This document shows, one piece after another, positions 1 through 12,830 of a stretch of 64,000 nucleotides of DNA. Numbering within the stretch: position 1 is the first letter of the stretch; the number at the start of each line of letters is the position of its first letter. The translations under genes and the position numbers were made by a program. Source of the DNA: Vicugna vicugna (Eukaryota); NCBI GenBank assembly GCA_013265495.1, contig MU057887.1:3259576-3323575 (forward strand), given 5' to 3'. Under the pieces are notes generated by a model. The model had not been told where the DNA came from and made no database searches. It was given only the letters and a program-made list of their open reading frames with translations.

Positions 1-2089
1 CTGTCCACATCCTGTGAACCACCCCTGTCTGTGGCCTCTTGGGGGCCCAGGACTGCAGAGATGGGAGAGCCTGGTGCTCCGAAAGGACAGGCTTTGCGAG
101 ATGTGGGCAGACTTGCTCCCTCCTCAGCTGGCCGGTCCGTCCCCGCCTGGGCCACCGGCACCCCCTCCATGCATGTCTGGCTCCGTTCCCCCCTCCCCCA
201 CAGCCCAGGGTCCCAGGAAAGTGACGTTTTTCTTCCTTTATCACTCCTGAGTGCGCACCTTCCCTCAGCCACGTGCTGCCCCCCGAGGCCTGCCCCCCGT
301 TTCTCTTTGTCTGCTCAGTGTCCCCAGAGCCCCTCTCCGCCTGCTCCAGGTCAGACTGGGATCCTCCAGACTCAGACCCCTCCCAGCACTGCCCACAGCT
401 CTGAAATGCCGCTCGGGGCTCCGGGGCCAGGCCCCTCGACCCCAGGGCCTGCTGAGAGGAGGTGATTCATGGTGTGATCTGCCGAAAGCATTCACTCACC
501 CTGTGACCATCTCCCAGCTTGGGCAGGACGCAGCACATTTAATAAATGTTTAATAGCAGCAATAAAAGGCCAGCTCGGCGCGACTGAAGATGCTCGTTTG
601 GGGACCTGGGCTGTGCGCTGGGTCAGTGATAAAACGCATCTTGGCAGAGCTACAGAGACGCAGGGGATCAGGGGACCGTTTCTGCAGGTCCTCTGTGCCT
701 CGTTCAGGGGAAGTGACCAGAGAAGAGGCGTGACAAGCCACCAGTACGTGCCCATCTGTCCCTCCTGGAAAGCCCTGACCAGAGGGCGGCGTGCGGACCA
801 GCCTGCAGTGGGTGAGAGCCGCCCCCGTCCCCTCAGCCAGGTCCGGATCCTCCTCCACCACGTGGGGTTGACGAGGGCACGTGCTCTAGGGCGGCTGTGA
901 CAGCTGTGTCCCGCAGGTGATGTGGTGAAGAGAGAAGGGCTCAGCCAGGTCCAGTTCACTGGTCCCCGGTGCTCAGCAGGTGGCCTCCATGGACGGGAGC
1001 CGGGGGGAGCCACGGAGGTGCTGTCTCCTCCCTCTTGTCCAGGGTCCCTCTGTCCCTCTGATGAGCCAGGGGCAGCGTGGTCCTGTGAGCGCTCCAAGAG
1101 CTCCGGGCCTGGGGTCCCGGGGGGGCGAGCTCAGGTGGGGAATGGAAAGAGCTGAGAGACCCCCGAGGCGGCGAACGGCATCAGGACAGAACCAAGGACT
1201 CCCAGCACCAGGCCAGTGTCAGACGCGGAATCGTGTCCGACATCTCGGCCCCCAAAGCCGTGGGGGCCGTGAGCGGGGGGAGCCCCGGCCCCGTGAGGCT
1301 GACGTCAGCCCACCGTCCGCCCTCCGCCGCCCCCTCCAATGACCCCACAATCGCACACCTGGGGGAGCCCAGGACAGAAGTCAAGGGCAGGGGCACCAGC
1401 GAAAAGGCCACCCCCGGGGCGGGACACCCCAGTGACACGCCCCCACCAAAACGAGACAGACAGGGGCCTCGAGGACAGGGAGGGCAACCCTGAAAAAGGC
1501 TTTCTGTGGGAAGGAGAAGATTTTCAAAATACAAACAAAACAATAAAATTTGGTTTAACAGTGAGGCCGCCACACTGATGCTGTGACGTGCAAACCTCGA
1601 GGCGGGAAGCACAGAAACGCAGGGACAGGAAACCGTGGACGAAGGATGAGGACCGTGGGGGAGGCGGGGCGTCCGGCAGGCGAGCCCCTCAAATTCCAAA
1701 GGAGAGAGCAGAAGAGAGGCTCTCGGTGAGTAAGTGATAGGCGCCGGTCTCCGTGGAAGGAGGCGGCCGACCTGGGGAGCTCGGCCCCGGCAGGCGGGGG
1801 GCTCCAGGCTGTCACTGCAGGACCCCCAAAGCACAGACGCCCTTTGGGGTGGGAAGAACAAAACGCAGACCAGCCCGAAGAGCACACGCCGACCGCGCCT
1901 CCCGCCGGCCACGCCGAGCACCCCCGACCCCGGGAGGCGAGGGCCTCGCCCAGGACCCCCGACCGCACAGGAGAGGCGGTTTGCAGACACGCAGGTCACA
2001 CAGCAGGCGCCTGCTCACTTCATGCAGAAGAAAACTCAGCGAAGCTGAAGCCAGCAGCAGACGGATGGATCTGAAACATCAGGACCCGA

Positions 2090-2490
2090 TGCCAGTTCCC
2101 CCGCAGGGAGGCACGAAACAATTCCCTTCCTGTGGCCCCTCCCAGAAGCAGACTCACAATCACCCGCAGACATAACCCCTGTGCCCCGTCCTCACAAACG
2201 GAATAAAACAGCAACACGCTGTAGGCGTCGTGCTGCGCTTCGCTTTCTTCACTGGAGACATTTCAGTAGCAGGATATAGAAAGCTTTCTCGTTGTGTTTG
2301 GCAGCTGCATGGAGTTTAATGGCACGAATGCACCGTAATTTACATGATCAGCCTCCTATTGGTGGGCGTTTGGGGGTGTTGCTCGTAATTAACTTTTACA
2401 AACCACTCTGCGATGAACATCCTCCTTCCGGTACCATTTTTTATACTGTATCTGCAGGCTCGATAAATAGAAATGCAGTTGCTAACTAAA
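2090..2490 (-). mobile_element. Old LINE-1 (L1ME-like) 3' end remnant
   Basis: Segment 'gcagctgcatggagtttaatggcacgaatgcaccgtaatttacatgatcagcctcctattggtgggcgtttggg...gcgatgaacatcct' resembles the antisense L1ME 3' end (recalled consensus). Confidence 0.55.
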
Positions 2491-4740
2491 GTGGAAGTTC
2501 CAATAATGGTCTAGGAATAAGAAGATTTTATGCTACCTCAGCACAATCTACAAGGGCGAAGCGGCGGGGAGGGAAAAGGGAACCTGCCTGAAAGTTTTTG
2601 TTTGTGGGAGAAAAATCGGAGAGAGACACAAGCCTGAACCACGTCACCTCCCTGGGCCGAGGGAAGGACTGTCACGGAGGTAAAGTCAGCGTCATGCTTT
2701 CCAATTTTAGGGGAAAAAATCCCCTGAAAGAGGATGTACTTTGCAATAGCGCTTTCAGATTAAAAAAAAAACGCAACCATTGGGGAAAGTATAGTGAACG
2801 ATAATTTGATCAAATCTGCAGAAAAGAAAAAAAGTAAGAATGTACTTTGCAATAGCGCTTTCAGATTTAAAAAAAAAACGCAACCATTGGGGAAAGTATA
2901 GTGAACGATAATTTGATCAAATCTGCAGAAAAGAAAAAAAGTAAGCAAAGTGCACAGCGCGCGTAGCAGACGGCAGAACCGGGCGTGGGGCCGTCACACC
3001 CGTGCGCGGGCCGCCCTCCCGCTGACGCCGCGGCTTTCGGGTGCGACTGGCTAGGCTACGCGGACGCGGAGGGCCAGAAGCAGAGTAATAAGAAGGTGCT
3101 GGGAACAAAAGAAGGAAACAGACAGGCGAGACCCCAGGAAAGGAGGCACCGGCCACTGGAAATGCAGCAGCGAGCGCCCTGCTGACGAGAGCGACAGGAG
3201 GGCGCTGACGGCACAGAAGTTACCTCCCAAAGGCGACGAGGGGCAGCCCCTGACACGACAACAGGCAAACTTACCGAAGGAGCTGCCGTATCCACCCTCT
3301 GTGCTTCGAAGCCTCCCTGCCTGTCACAGGCTCCCGCCAGGGGCCCAGGCAGCACTCAGCCCGTGACAAACGTGAGCGACTCTCGCTCGATGAAGATCAG
3401 CGCCGCAGCGAGACGTCCTGCGCCCACTTCATGGCGGCGCGGGTCCAGCACACGTGCAAACGAGAGCGGCTGCAGACGTGGAGGAATCTCATCCAGCAGC
3501 CACTAAACCGGACGGAGCAGGTTTCCGGCGCCGCACGCCCTCTGCCAGCGCAGCAGGCCGATGGCACAGCGGCGTCCTGCCCGGAGAAACGGCGATCCCG
3601 CCCGCAGAGCCGCCTACCCGAACCGTGCACCAGGGACGGACATGCGGGAGACCGAGTGCGCTGCAATTAAACAAGTCAGTTACCTACGTGGCCTCAAATA
3701 AAATCCTTTGACACAATTAAAAGGAAAAGTGCCACTTCACTGATCATATAATCTGATCTTGAAACAGTACAACTGGAAACAATAGCGCAAAGTTGACCAA
3801 AAATATCCTAAGGGCTTGAAAAATAAGAAATTCGCTTACAGGCAAGCCTTGGACCAAAGAGTTAAAAAAAAGAAATGATAAAGTTCCTCAGAAGCTTTGA
3901 AAAGTAGAGCATTTCATGCCGAAACCAGCCGGACACATGAAACGCTCTATTAAAAGGGAACGCTTTACCTTAAAACGGCTTCCTTATTTTAGAGGAAAAA
4001 CAAAGATAAAGGAATTTGTTGCTCCACTAAACACGTCAGGAAAATAATAAAATGAACTCACAGAAATTAGGAGGAAGAAATGTAACAAACATGAACGCAA
4101 AAAATGATGATATAGTAACCAAAACAGGCAGAAAACATGGCTTAATCCAAAGATGGCTCTTTGAAGTTAAACCCAAAGCTAATTACGGGGAAGAAAGAGA
4201 GAGAGAGAGATAGAAAGGGGGAGGTGAGACAGAAGAACAAAAGCGAAGGCCGCCACACGCAAGGGGCTAATCACGATGATTATGAGGTACTAATGCGTCT
4301 AACTTTATGGAAACATATTTACAAATTTAGAAAAAGAGATCATTTCCTAGAAACGTAAAAAAATTAAAAGTATTCAGGGAGAAGTGGAAAAACTTGAATA
4401 GACCAGTAACTGTTAAAAAATATGTGTATTGGAAACCTGATTAAAGATCTACCAGTGAAAGAAAATCACCAGGATCAGGTGCATTCAGACTGAATTTCAA
4501 CTGATCTCCTAAAGTAGGAAAAGATTAATCCACGTCATTTAAAACACTCCAGAACCTAGAAAGCGTTTTGGAAGAATAGCTCCCCTTTGAGTTCTATGCC
4601 ATTAGCACAGGTGTGAAAGCAAAACCGCGTAAAGACAGCAAGATTATTGAAGCAACCAACGGCGTTTATGAACATGCACGCAGAACTCTATTTAGAATCA
4701 GCATCAATCAATGTATCAATAGTAATAACACATTGTGACC
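2490..4740 (+). mobile_element. Highly degenerate LINE-1: inter-ORF region and 5' part of ORF2
   Basis: A-rich plus strand. Broken-frame peptides NLNRPVT (~4391) and KSPGSGAF (~4463) match L1 ORF2p ENLNRPIT and KSPGPDGF. Many stops and frameshifts. Confidence 0.6.
2734..2945. repeat. Near-perfect tandem duplication, 2 x ~106 bp
   Basis: 2734-2838 and 2840-2945 are identical except for one extra T (gatt vs gattt before an A10 run). Confidence 0.95.
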
Positions 4741-5929
4741 AGACAGGGGTCCAGGCTGCCTGCCCCCCACTCTCCAGGTCCGCCTGACGTAATCAGTAGA
4801 GTGGGGGGTCCTGTCTGCATGACGTCCAGGTCATCAAAGCACATTCGGAATCTGTTTGGACACCAGCAAGAGCGTTAGCATGACTCCAAACAGCGCAAAG
4901 CAAAGGTGTGTCATGTAAAGACAAGCTGTTCGGAGCCTCCCTGCTGATGAAGGCGGGGGCGGCGGTGCACTTGCCAGAGCCGTAGCCGCACCACGGGAGC
5001 ACATGCGCAGACTCGCAGGGCGGGCCCTGCAGAAGGCGCTGGGGCGGGGCCGAAAACTCACGCCATGTGCGGGAGAAGGTGCCGATCTGCTCCAGTAAAT
5101 GTGATGGGTGGGAACGCTCCGTGACGGGGCCACTGGGGAGTGAAGTCTGTGGTTCAGTCCCGATCCGGCAGAGTGAGCGACGGGGGACCCTTGGCGGTGG
5201 CCCGAGATCCCAGCCCTCCGGGGCCACAGTACTCGTGCTGGGCTCTGGGTGGGGGCGGCAGTCACAGGCCTCCCACTGGGTCTTTCCTGTCCGAATACGT
5301 CTATCCTTCAAGTCCTGGAACCAGTGCCACTGTCCTCATGGAATGAAGACGGCGTCTCTGTCATTCCCAGGACGGATTCCGCTGACCCAGGGACCCGCTG
5401 AGCCTCTGTAAGACAGAGTTATACCCAACTCCACTTCACACGTGTGTAGCCCACCCCCACGACAGCTGGAAGTCCACATGGCATTTCAAGTCCCCTCCCG
5501 TCTGTGCCAACCCAGGCCCTACCACAGGCGATCCTTGAGGAGAAGGGAGCTGCTCCTCCTTGTCTGGAAACAGCCCAGCCAGTGCCCGCAGGGCGCGTGG
5601 AAGCACGCTCGGGGACGTGCTCCGTACCTGCCTGCAGTGGGCGACTAGAGCCCTGCTCCCGGGACCGGGGGGCTTGCCTCCAGCAGTCCTGGGAACTGAC
5701 TGATGCGTATCCTCAGCGAGGGGCTGTGGCTTTCCAGTATGGGTGCCAACGTCACCACCTGCTTGCGGGATCTCAGTTTCCATCTGTTATACAAACCAAG
5801 CAACACACAAGCAGACTTGCTTCTCACTCCTGGAACGGCCGTGGGTTCAGTGCCCCGAGCGCTGGCCCTGCCTGCCATTCTGGCTTTGCTACTGATGTCG
5901 TGGGCAGCGTCCACGTTGCTCCTGAGGCG

Positions 5930-7030
5930 TGCTTACCCAGGAAAACTAGTTGACGCTCAGAAAGACAGTGAACTTCGTGGCGTTTTAGTTTATCGCACCC
6001 TCCTCTCCCCGGCTACTAGGTAGTGTTAAAAACCAGCCGCCTCACAACCATGGAAGCTGCGGACACCAGCAGCCTAGCAGCCACAGGGGCAAAGCTGGCC
6101 TGAAGCTCCCAGCCCCGCCCCCAAAATTGTGCCTGCTTGATCCGTCTGCCAACCTCCTAAAAGGCTGCCCTCTGAAGACCTGTCTGTACTTGGCCTAACT
6201 CAGAGCTCAGTCTGCTCCAACAAGCCTATGCCGAGCGCATTTGCTGCAAACGGTCATCAGCAATCATCTAACACTGCAGCTGCCCGAGGCAGGGGTCCAG
6301 CGGGGCTTACAGGGGCGGCCGGAAACGCAAAAGGGGAAGCCGGAGAATGGGCGGTCTGTAGGAGGGGGCTGAAATCTCCGACATCCTCCTGGGAATCTGG
6401 AAGAGCACGTGCCGGCGCGGGCTCACTGGCGCCCGGACGCTGCCTCTGGCTGACCGGGAGGCTCTGCGCGCAGGAGAGGGCGGAGGCGGGGTTGCCACCT
6501 GTCGGCTCTGCATGCACAGGGCCCTCGGCAACGGCCGGGAGACAGCGGTTCAGGGACCCAGGGAATCTCTGTCCAGCTGTGACTGGTCTCTGAGCATCCG
6601 CGCAAAGGCCTTGCTGTCCACACACAGTGAGAAACGCAGATCTCATAGAAGCAGCCCAGCAAATTCACTAAACAAACACAGGGTGAACTCTGTGTGGGCA
6701 GAGGAGGAGGAACAACTCTGATTTCCAGACTTGCTACCTTATATCATTTAAAACACCCAGTTGTTCACAAAAGCATATATATAAGGCTTCCAAAGAAACT
6801 GGAACAGAAGCTCCCCTGAGGAGGCCCAGGCCTCGGGCTTCCCGGACACAGGCTGCCGACGACCTGCGACGACACGCTCAGGGCACTGACGTAAACGCCT
6901 CTAAGAGAAGCACACACAAGCAGGGAATTCACAGCTCACCGAGCAGACCGTCAGTGAGGAGGAGAAGCGGGGGACAGGACCCAGACGGAAGGTCCGAGTT
7001 TGGTGCATAATCAGTGGCACAGACTAAAAA
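5930..7030 (+). mobile_element. Old LINE-1 (L1M4/L1MC-type) 5'UTR and start of ORF1
   Basis: Collinear blocks 'aaagacagtgaacttcgtggcgtttta', 'accagcagcctagcagccac', 'ctccgacatcctcctgggaatctggaag', 'tcactaaacaaaca', 'ctgatttccagacttgctaccttatatcatttaaaa' and 'cccctgaggaggcccag' match recalled old L1 5'-end consensus. Confidence 0.65.
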
Positions 7031-7225
7031 TCACTCCTTCTGACTCCGACGTAGAAATTACGTTACTCAATAATTCTCCAAAGCCTGCCCCCGCTTCAGC
7101 AGCTGGTCGTGCACCAGGGCCCACACAGGCCAGTGCTGGTGAGAGACTAAAACCTGCTGCTTAGTGCTGCCTGGTCTTGAAAGACTGACGAGTGGAAAAT
7201 GGTTGTCAGAAATGGTAAAAGCTCA

Positions 7226-7392
7226 CATCGTTTACTGAAGTGCAGTCGATTTGCAATGTGTTAGTTTTGGGTGTGCAGCAGTGACTCAGTTACACACACA
7301 TGCGTTCACGCTCATCTTTAGGCTCTCTCCGTCCTGGGTCATTGCAAGCTCTTTGCCGCAGCTCCCCGTGCTGCGCGGTGGGCCCTGGTTGA
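7226..7392 (-). mobile_element. Cetartiodactyl/camelid L1 3'UTR tail fragment
   Basis: 'tttactgaagtgcagtcgatttgcaatgtgttagttttgggtgtgcagcagtgactcagtt' aligns by eye to the copies at 44345, 45890 and 57395. Confidence 0.7.
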
Positions 7393-9279
7393 AACTCAGT
7401 TTTCACAAGGAACGCTTCGATGGCACGTGTCGCTTAGCATGGTCTGCCGTCTGCTGTTCTGAGAGACTTGATGTTTGAAACAGTCATGTTCACAATCACC
7501 GCTGACACCACTACCTCCTGACGGCAAACACACACACCCCAGCATGAACGCACCTCGCATCCACGCACCCCGGGGGTGCATTCTGTTCATTCCTTGCACA
7601 ACCTAAAATTTCCCCCACAGTGAGCTAAGTTTTCCTGTAAGTATCCAGGGGGCTTTGCTTACGAGGTCCCAGGGCCCTTTTCTGCATCCGCTGGGCAGAA
7701 TTCGAGCTTCCCTAGCAAGACAGACCGGTTGCTTTCCAGTGGTGCCGTGGACCCGCACAGCCTTGGGATGGTGTGCATGGCTGCCCCGAGCCCGGTACCC
7801 ACGCTCCCTGCAGACCCTCGCCCCGATGGAGCTCCCCTCAAGGACGTGGACACAAGGAAGGGGCCCCAGAAGGAGGAGGCCCCAGAGTGAGGGGGCATCT
7901 TGTCGTGGTTGCTGAAGCCGAATGGAGCTGTGAGCCTTCACCGGCTTTCAGAGTAGGGCCACGGGCTGGACGTTCCGCAAACACACAGGTGGTCTGGGCA
8001 GCAGAGCAGAGAGGCGCCCACACTGGACCACATGCCGCATCAGCCGGGCGCCGTCCGCACAGACTCGCCGGAGGAAGAACCTCCGCTGTCACCTGAGCCA
8101 GAGCCTTGGGTCAGACAGGGCGCCCGAGGCAGTGACATTTCCAGAGCCCCATATGACACTGGGGGCGGTCCCTGCAAGAGCCTCAGGGTGGGAATCAGAC
8201 TCCGGGGCCCTCCTGGACCCAGAGAGCTGCTGCAGGAAAAGGGTGCCAGCCTCTCAGTTTGGACCACCCTCCCTGGAGGGAGGGGACGTGGGCTCGGGGG
8301 ATACAGGCCCTGCCGTGTGCAGGGGGCAGCGCGTCACCCTCCCCCAGAGCCCACGAACGCTGCCCTGGGCGACGCCCTTTCTTTCTCAGCAGCCGCAGGG
8401 CTGGAGGTGCCCGAGGAGGAGGTGCACTTTCTGAGTTTGCCTCCCGTAACTCACTCCCCTGGACGGGGCTGGCCGAGGGGCTCAGACTGAATGTCCCACT
8501 CACAGCGGCTGCCCCGTAGGGTGGGGCGAGTTCACATCCGCCTCTGTTCATGCCGCTTTCTTCCCCTCCCTGGCCGCCCACATGGGCTCGGCGGCTTCGC
8601 CCCCCACCCAGGACCACCTCGCCCACACCCGCTCCCCGCGGGGAATGAAGCGGCACCTGCAGACTCCCCAGGGAGGGCTGGGGCTCCGTCTCGGCAGATG
8701 CTGCATTCCCCGTCTTTCCGCGTGTTCCCCTAAACGGTCTTGCCCTCATGGCCGTTGGCCGCTGCCTCCCAAGAGTCGTCATCTCACGTGGAGGGCAGGG
8801 CAGCCTGATTTCCTCCCCCAGGCCCTCAGCAGCGGCCCCTCCGCTGTCTCCGTCCTTGAGCTGATTGACGTCAGTACCCCAAGCGGCTTCCGTAGGCAGG
8901 GCCAGCAGACGCCCTGGATCAGGCGGACACGTGCGTGACGATGCGAAGTCTTCGGGAGCCCCGAGGGCTGGCGGCACATGTGTGCGCGTCCGTCTGATGC
9001 ACGTGACTGAGCTGTGCCAGGTGGTGGCTCAGAAGGCGTCTCTCCTTCAAAACACGGCTGCTCCAGGTCCTGCTTGAAAACAGGGAATCTGCCCCGCCAA
9101 CCGGAGACCCGGCTTCATTGTTTGCACATAACAGACATGACTCAGTTTGAGCCATTTCCTTTCCAGAAATATGTAGTAGTGATGACAAAAAATCAAGTAT
9201 TTTTATGACAGCTTGGAGTCCCCGAACCTGGAAGGGGACACAGGAGGCACCAGAAATCATGACTGGGGTCTGGATCTGG

Positions 9280-9367
9280 TCCTGAGTCCAGAGCTCAACA
9301 CAATGCCTGGCACACGGCGGGCGCCTCGGGCACATCCGTTCAGTGAGTGAGTGAGTGAATGAATGAA
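9280..9367 (+). mobile_element. L2 LINE 3' end with (TGAG/TGAA)n tail
   Basis: 'aacacaatgcctggcacacggcgggcgcctc...tgagtgagtgagtgaatgaatgaa' matches the L2 terminus (gcacagtgcctggcacatagtaggcgctcaataaatatttgttgaatgaatgaa). Confidence 0.75.
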
Positions 9368-11029
9368 CAGTACAAGTCTGCTTCCGCCTAGAGCGCGCGT
9401 GGCTGCAGGTGGGCCGGGGGGAGCAGCCCCTCCCTCTGAGGCCGTGGGGGCGAGCCTGATGCACAAACGCCGAGAACACGGGGACCAGGGACGAGCACCA
9501 GGCCCCGGGGAGGGTCCGTCCCCACAGGGTGGACAGACAAGGGGCTGCGCTGGTGGGTGGGCGCCGACCTCAGGGCACTGGGCCACGGGCTCGGGGGCCG
9601 GATTCCCCCCCAGTCATTGAGGGGCCCCCCATGCGGCCTCAGGGAGACTCGCAGCGGGTGCGTCCGACAACACAGATCGACGAGGCTCGGAAGGACTTGG
9701 GGCTGAAGCCAAGACGCTGAGCTTTCCAGGTACTCGTGGGAGGGTTTGAAAACCCCAGTTTGCAGCCGTGACGCCCGGCGACAGCTTTCCTCTCCCCCGT
9801 CCCTTCCCCTCCTTCACGCCCCCACGCCCTCCAGGTCTGAGCACAGCACTGGAGAATTAACATGAATGAATCTGGAGTTTTGGTCCCTTGGCTGTGTCCC
9901 CGGGGCGAGTGGATGGCGGGCGTTCCTGCCTTGCTGTGCGTAAGGCAGACACATTCGCCCAGATCGACAGGGCACTCGCCCCTCCCGGCTGCCTGACTCC
10001 GGGGAAGGTGGTGCCTTCTGAGCTCAGGTCTCCGTCTTCCCCGGGGTCCTGCCCGGCCCGGGCAGCAGGTGACGTGCAGAAACGCTGCACCTCCTCTCCT
10101 CCCTGACTCCAAGGGGACCTGCCCCTTGGCTGAGATGGCCCCTCTCCATCTCCAAGCACCACAGCCACGTTCGGGTTGTCCTACAAGACGACACTGTCTC
10201 CTGTGTCCCTCAACTCAGATGGGTCCCTGGGTTCACAGGGGGTCCAACACTGCAGCCAGACCATCTCTGCACGTGGCCTGTGAGGGCCTCCCCTGGACTG
10301 CTTCTCTCAGCCCTGGGGGTGGGGGCCGCCTGGGTACCAGGGGCACCTCCTCTCCTGGACCGTCCTCCTCCCAGGCTGGGCAATGGAGGAGAGCCCGGAC
10401 ATCTCCCACCACCGAGCGATGCCACACCCCTGCCTAGACCAGGGGCCTAGGACATCACGGTCTGGGGACGCACAGGGACGTCCACCTCAGGGTTCAAGTG
10501 AGAGAGCAGGAGGCATTCGACCTGCGCAGGGCACACGGGTGGGCCGGGACGTGAGAAGCCGGGGGGGCACCCGCAGGTCGGCTCCCCTCCACCGCGGCAA
10601 GCCGGCCATTTCCCTCGGGTCTCCACCTCCCTCCCTCCCTGCTGCTGCCGCCGGGGCTGGGGCCGGGGAGGTGACTGCTCTGCCGGGGTACCACAGCCCT
10701 GGAGGGAGGACAGACTGAAGGCAGACAGACAGAGAAAGGCACGCAGTCAGGAAGGAAATGATGTGCACTGGGAACTTTCAGGAGCCGTCCTGGGTCGGAG
10801 CCGGCTGAGGGCGCCTGCTGAGGGCGCAGGCGGTCGGCCTCCAGGAGAGCGGCTGGCCCTGCGCTCGGACAACGCGGCGGGTGGCCCGCGTGTCTCCCAG
10901 GCCTCCTTGCTCCCGCCCGCAGACCACTCAGGGTCCTCCGGCATCTGTCCGTCAGTTTACCCGGGGACAAGACCCCAGCCCGGGCCCTGGCCCTGCCTCT
11001 GCGGGACGGAGCCGCTTACCTGAGTTCAC

Positions 11030-11260
11030 TAATGGTGGTCATAAATTCCCGGCCAATCACGTAATGAGATTTAATATTTGATGTCAGATGATTAGAATAT
11101 AATGAATTTGCCACTTTAATATTGATGAATAATCAGTCCTATTAAGGCCATGGGGACAAGAATTTAGTGCAAAGAGAAAATTAATTGCTGAGTTAACAGC
11201 ACGTGTCCCTTGGCGAGATGGCCTGTGACACCGACTCGCTTCATGGCGCAGCTTTCTGAC
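11030..11260. promoter_or_regulatory. Candidate developmental enhancer / conserved non-coding element
   Basis: AT-rich non-repetitive island in GC-rich flanks with GTCATAAA (11038), CCAATCAC (11053), TGATGAAT (11123) and many TAAT/ATTA cores. Conservation not tested. Confidence 0.5.
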
Positions 11261-11379
11261 CTCCCGCGGCAAAGTCTGACCAACACGTCTTATCTGGGTT
11301 ATAAAGTGCGGCTTTCTTCTGAGGAAGATGGGGGAGGTGGAGATGTGTTCTAGAAAGACTCAAATGGAGCAGAGCAACG

Positions 11380-11560
11380 GTCGTTTTCAGGGACGGACCT
11401 GTGTCCCCAGGTCCCTGTGTCCAAGGCCCAGGGAGACTGTGTCTGGAGACGGGCCCCTGAGGAGGTGACGAGGTTAACGAGGTCATGAGGGTGGCCCGAC
11501 CCCGTGAGACTGGTGTCCTCGGAGGAACAGGAGGAGACAGCAGAGCCCTCTCTCTGTGGG
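11380..11560 (+). mobile_element. MaLR LTR fragment (MLT1A-like)
   Basis: 'gtgtctggagacgggcccctgaggaggtgacgaggttaacgaggtcatgagggtggccc...gactggtgtcctc' is typical of the MLT1A 5' half. Confidence 0.65.
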
Positions 11561-12425
11561 GAGGCTGTGGGGGGTGGGGTGAGACCCCCACGTGCAGCGG
11601 GAGGCAGGACGTGTCCCGGCAGTGACGTAAGACTGAGAGAGGGCCCCCGTCAGCGTGTGACTCCAGGGAGCTCCGGTTCACTCAGGTGTAAACGGAGCGA
11701 CACCCAAACCCCCAGGGCGTCCCTGTGACGTGGGGACGCAGCAGCCACGGGGGACCTGACGGGTGATTTCCTTTGCAATCAGGAAATCAAAGTCCCAGCC
11801 GAAGGTCCAGAGGCCCGTCCCGTCCAAGGTGTTTCAGCAGGACGCGTGGGGCTTCCCCGACGGGGAGGGAGAGGCTGCCCAGAGCAGGACAGGGGGTCCT
11901 CCCAGACGCACGGCCTCCGTCCACCTGGGGGGCAGCAGCCTGGAATTCGCACTGGCCGCCCGGAGCCAGCGGGCTCAGACCGGTCTCCTGTTCCCGAACC
12001 GTCTCAGCCTCTGGCTCCCACCCGCGGACCCGAGCGCACGAGCGGCCTTCTCGCTGCTCAGGCAGGGCTGTGCCAGCTCACCGCTCCCAGGCACCTCTGG
12101 TTTTGGCTTCGGGACGTCTGTCACCAGAGTCAGTGCCGGAGGCCCGGCCCCGTCACCGGCCCTGGGGCAGGCTCCCTGCTGAGGCCGTGGGGACCCCTAG
12201 GGGCCGTCTGGTCCTGGAGCACGTGTCCCAGGGAGCCTGCGGGTCCAGGGTGCAGACGGGAATGGGTGATTTCGGGCAGAAAATGGCTCTGTTCGCATCA
12301 GATAGTTTTCAAATCCTGTTGCCTAAGTGTGGGTCACAGGAACCAGCCTGATTTATGAGCTTCTAGAAAATCCACGTCAAATTCACGTTCCCGCCCGGGT
12401 CTGCTAAGCACCGACAGGCGGCAGG

Positions 12426-12830
12426 TGTGGTCGGCTGAGGCACGTCCCCTGAAAAAGACGTGTACAAGTCCAAACCCCCAAGCCCTGTGAGTGAGACCCG
12501 TTTGGAAGCAGTCTCTGCAGGTGTGATCGGGTCAGACGAGTCTCACCGGCTTAGGGCGGGCCCAGTCCCATAGGACCCGTGTCCTCATAAGAAGAGGGAT
12601 CTCTGGACACGGACACCTGGGGACAAGGCCATGTGCTGACAGAGGCAGAGACGGGAGGGATGTGGCCACAAGCCAGGGGCACCGCGATCGCTGGGCCCCC
12701 GGGAGCTGGGAGGGGCAGGAAGGACCCCCCCCCGGGAGCCGGGGAGGGAGCGCAGCCCCGGAGCTGGGGTGGGTGGTTTGTACCATCTACGGCTTTGCAG
12801 CATCTGTTACAGCCGCCCGAGGAGACAGCC
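12426..12830 (+). mobile_element. MaLR solo LTR (MLT1B/C-like)
   Basis: Starts with TG. Contains 'gtctctgcaggtgtgatc', 'ttagggcgggccc', 'gtgtcctcataagaagaggg', 'gaggcagagacgggagggatgtggccacaagccagggg' and terminal 'tgttacagccgccc'. Confidence 0.8.

Noticed and set aside
1500..1570. AATAAA at 1542 as a gene 3' end
   Set aside because: No identifiable upstream terminal exon. The hexamer lies in a short A-rich patch where it can arise by chance.
5703..6023. 106-aa ORF with a hydrophobic, transmembrane-like stretch
   Set aside because: Its 3' part runs into the old L1 5'UTR, with no supporting splice or start context and no recognised family.
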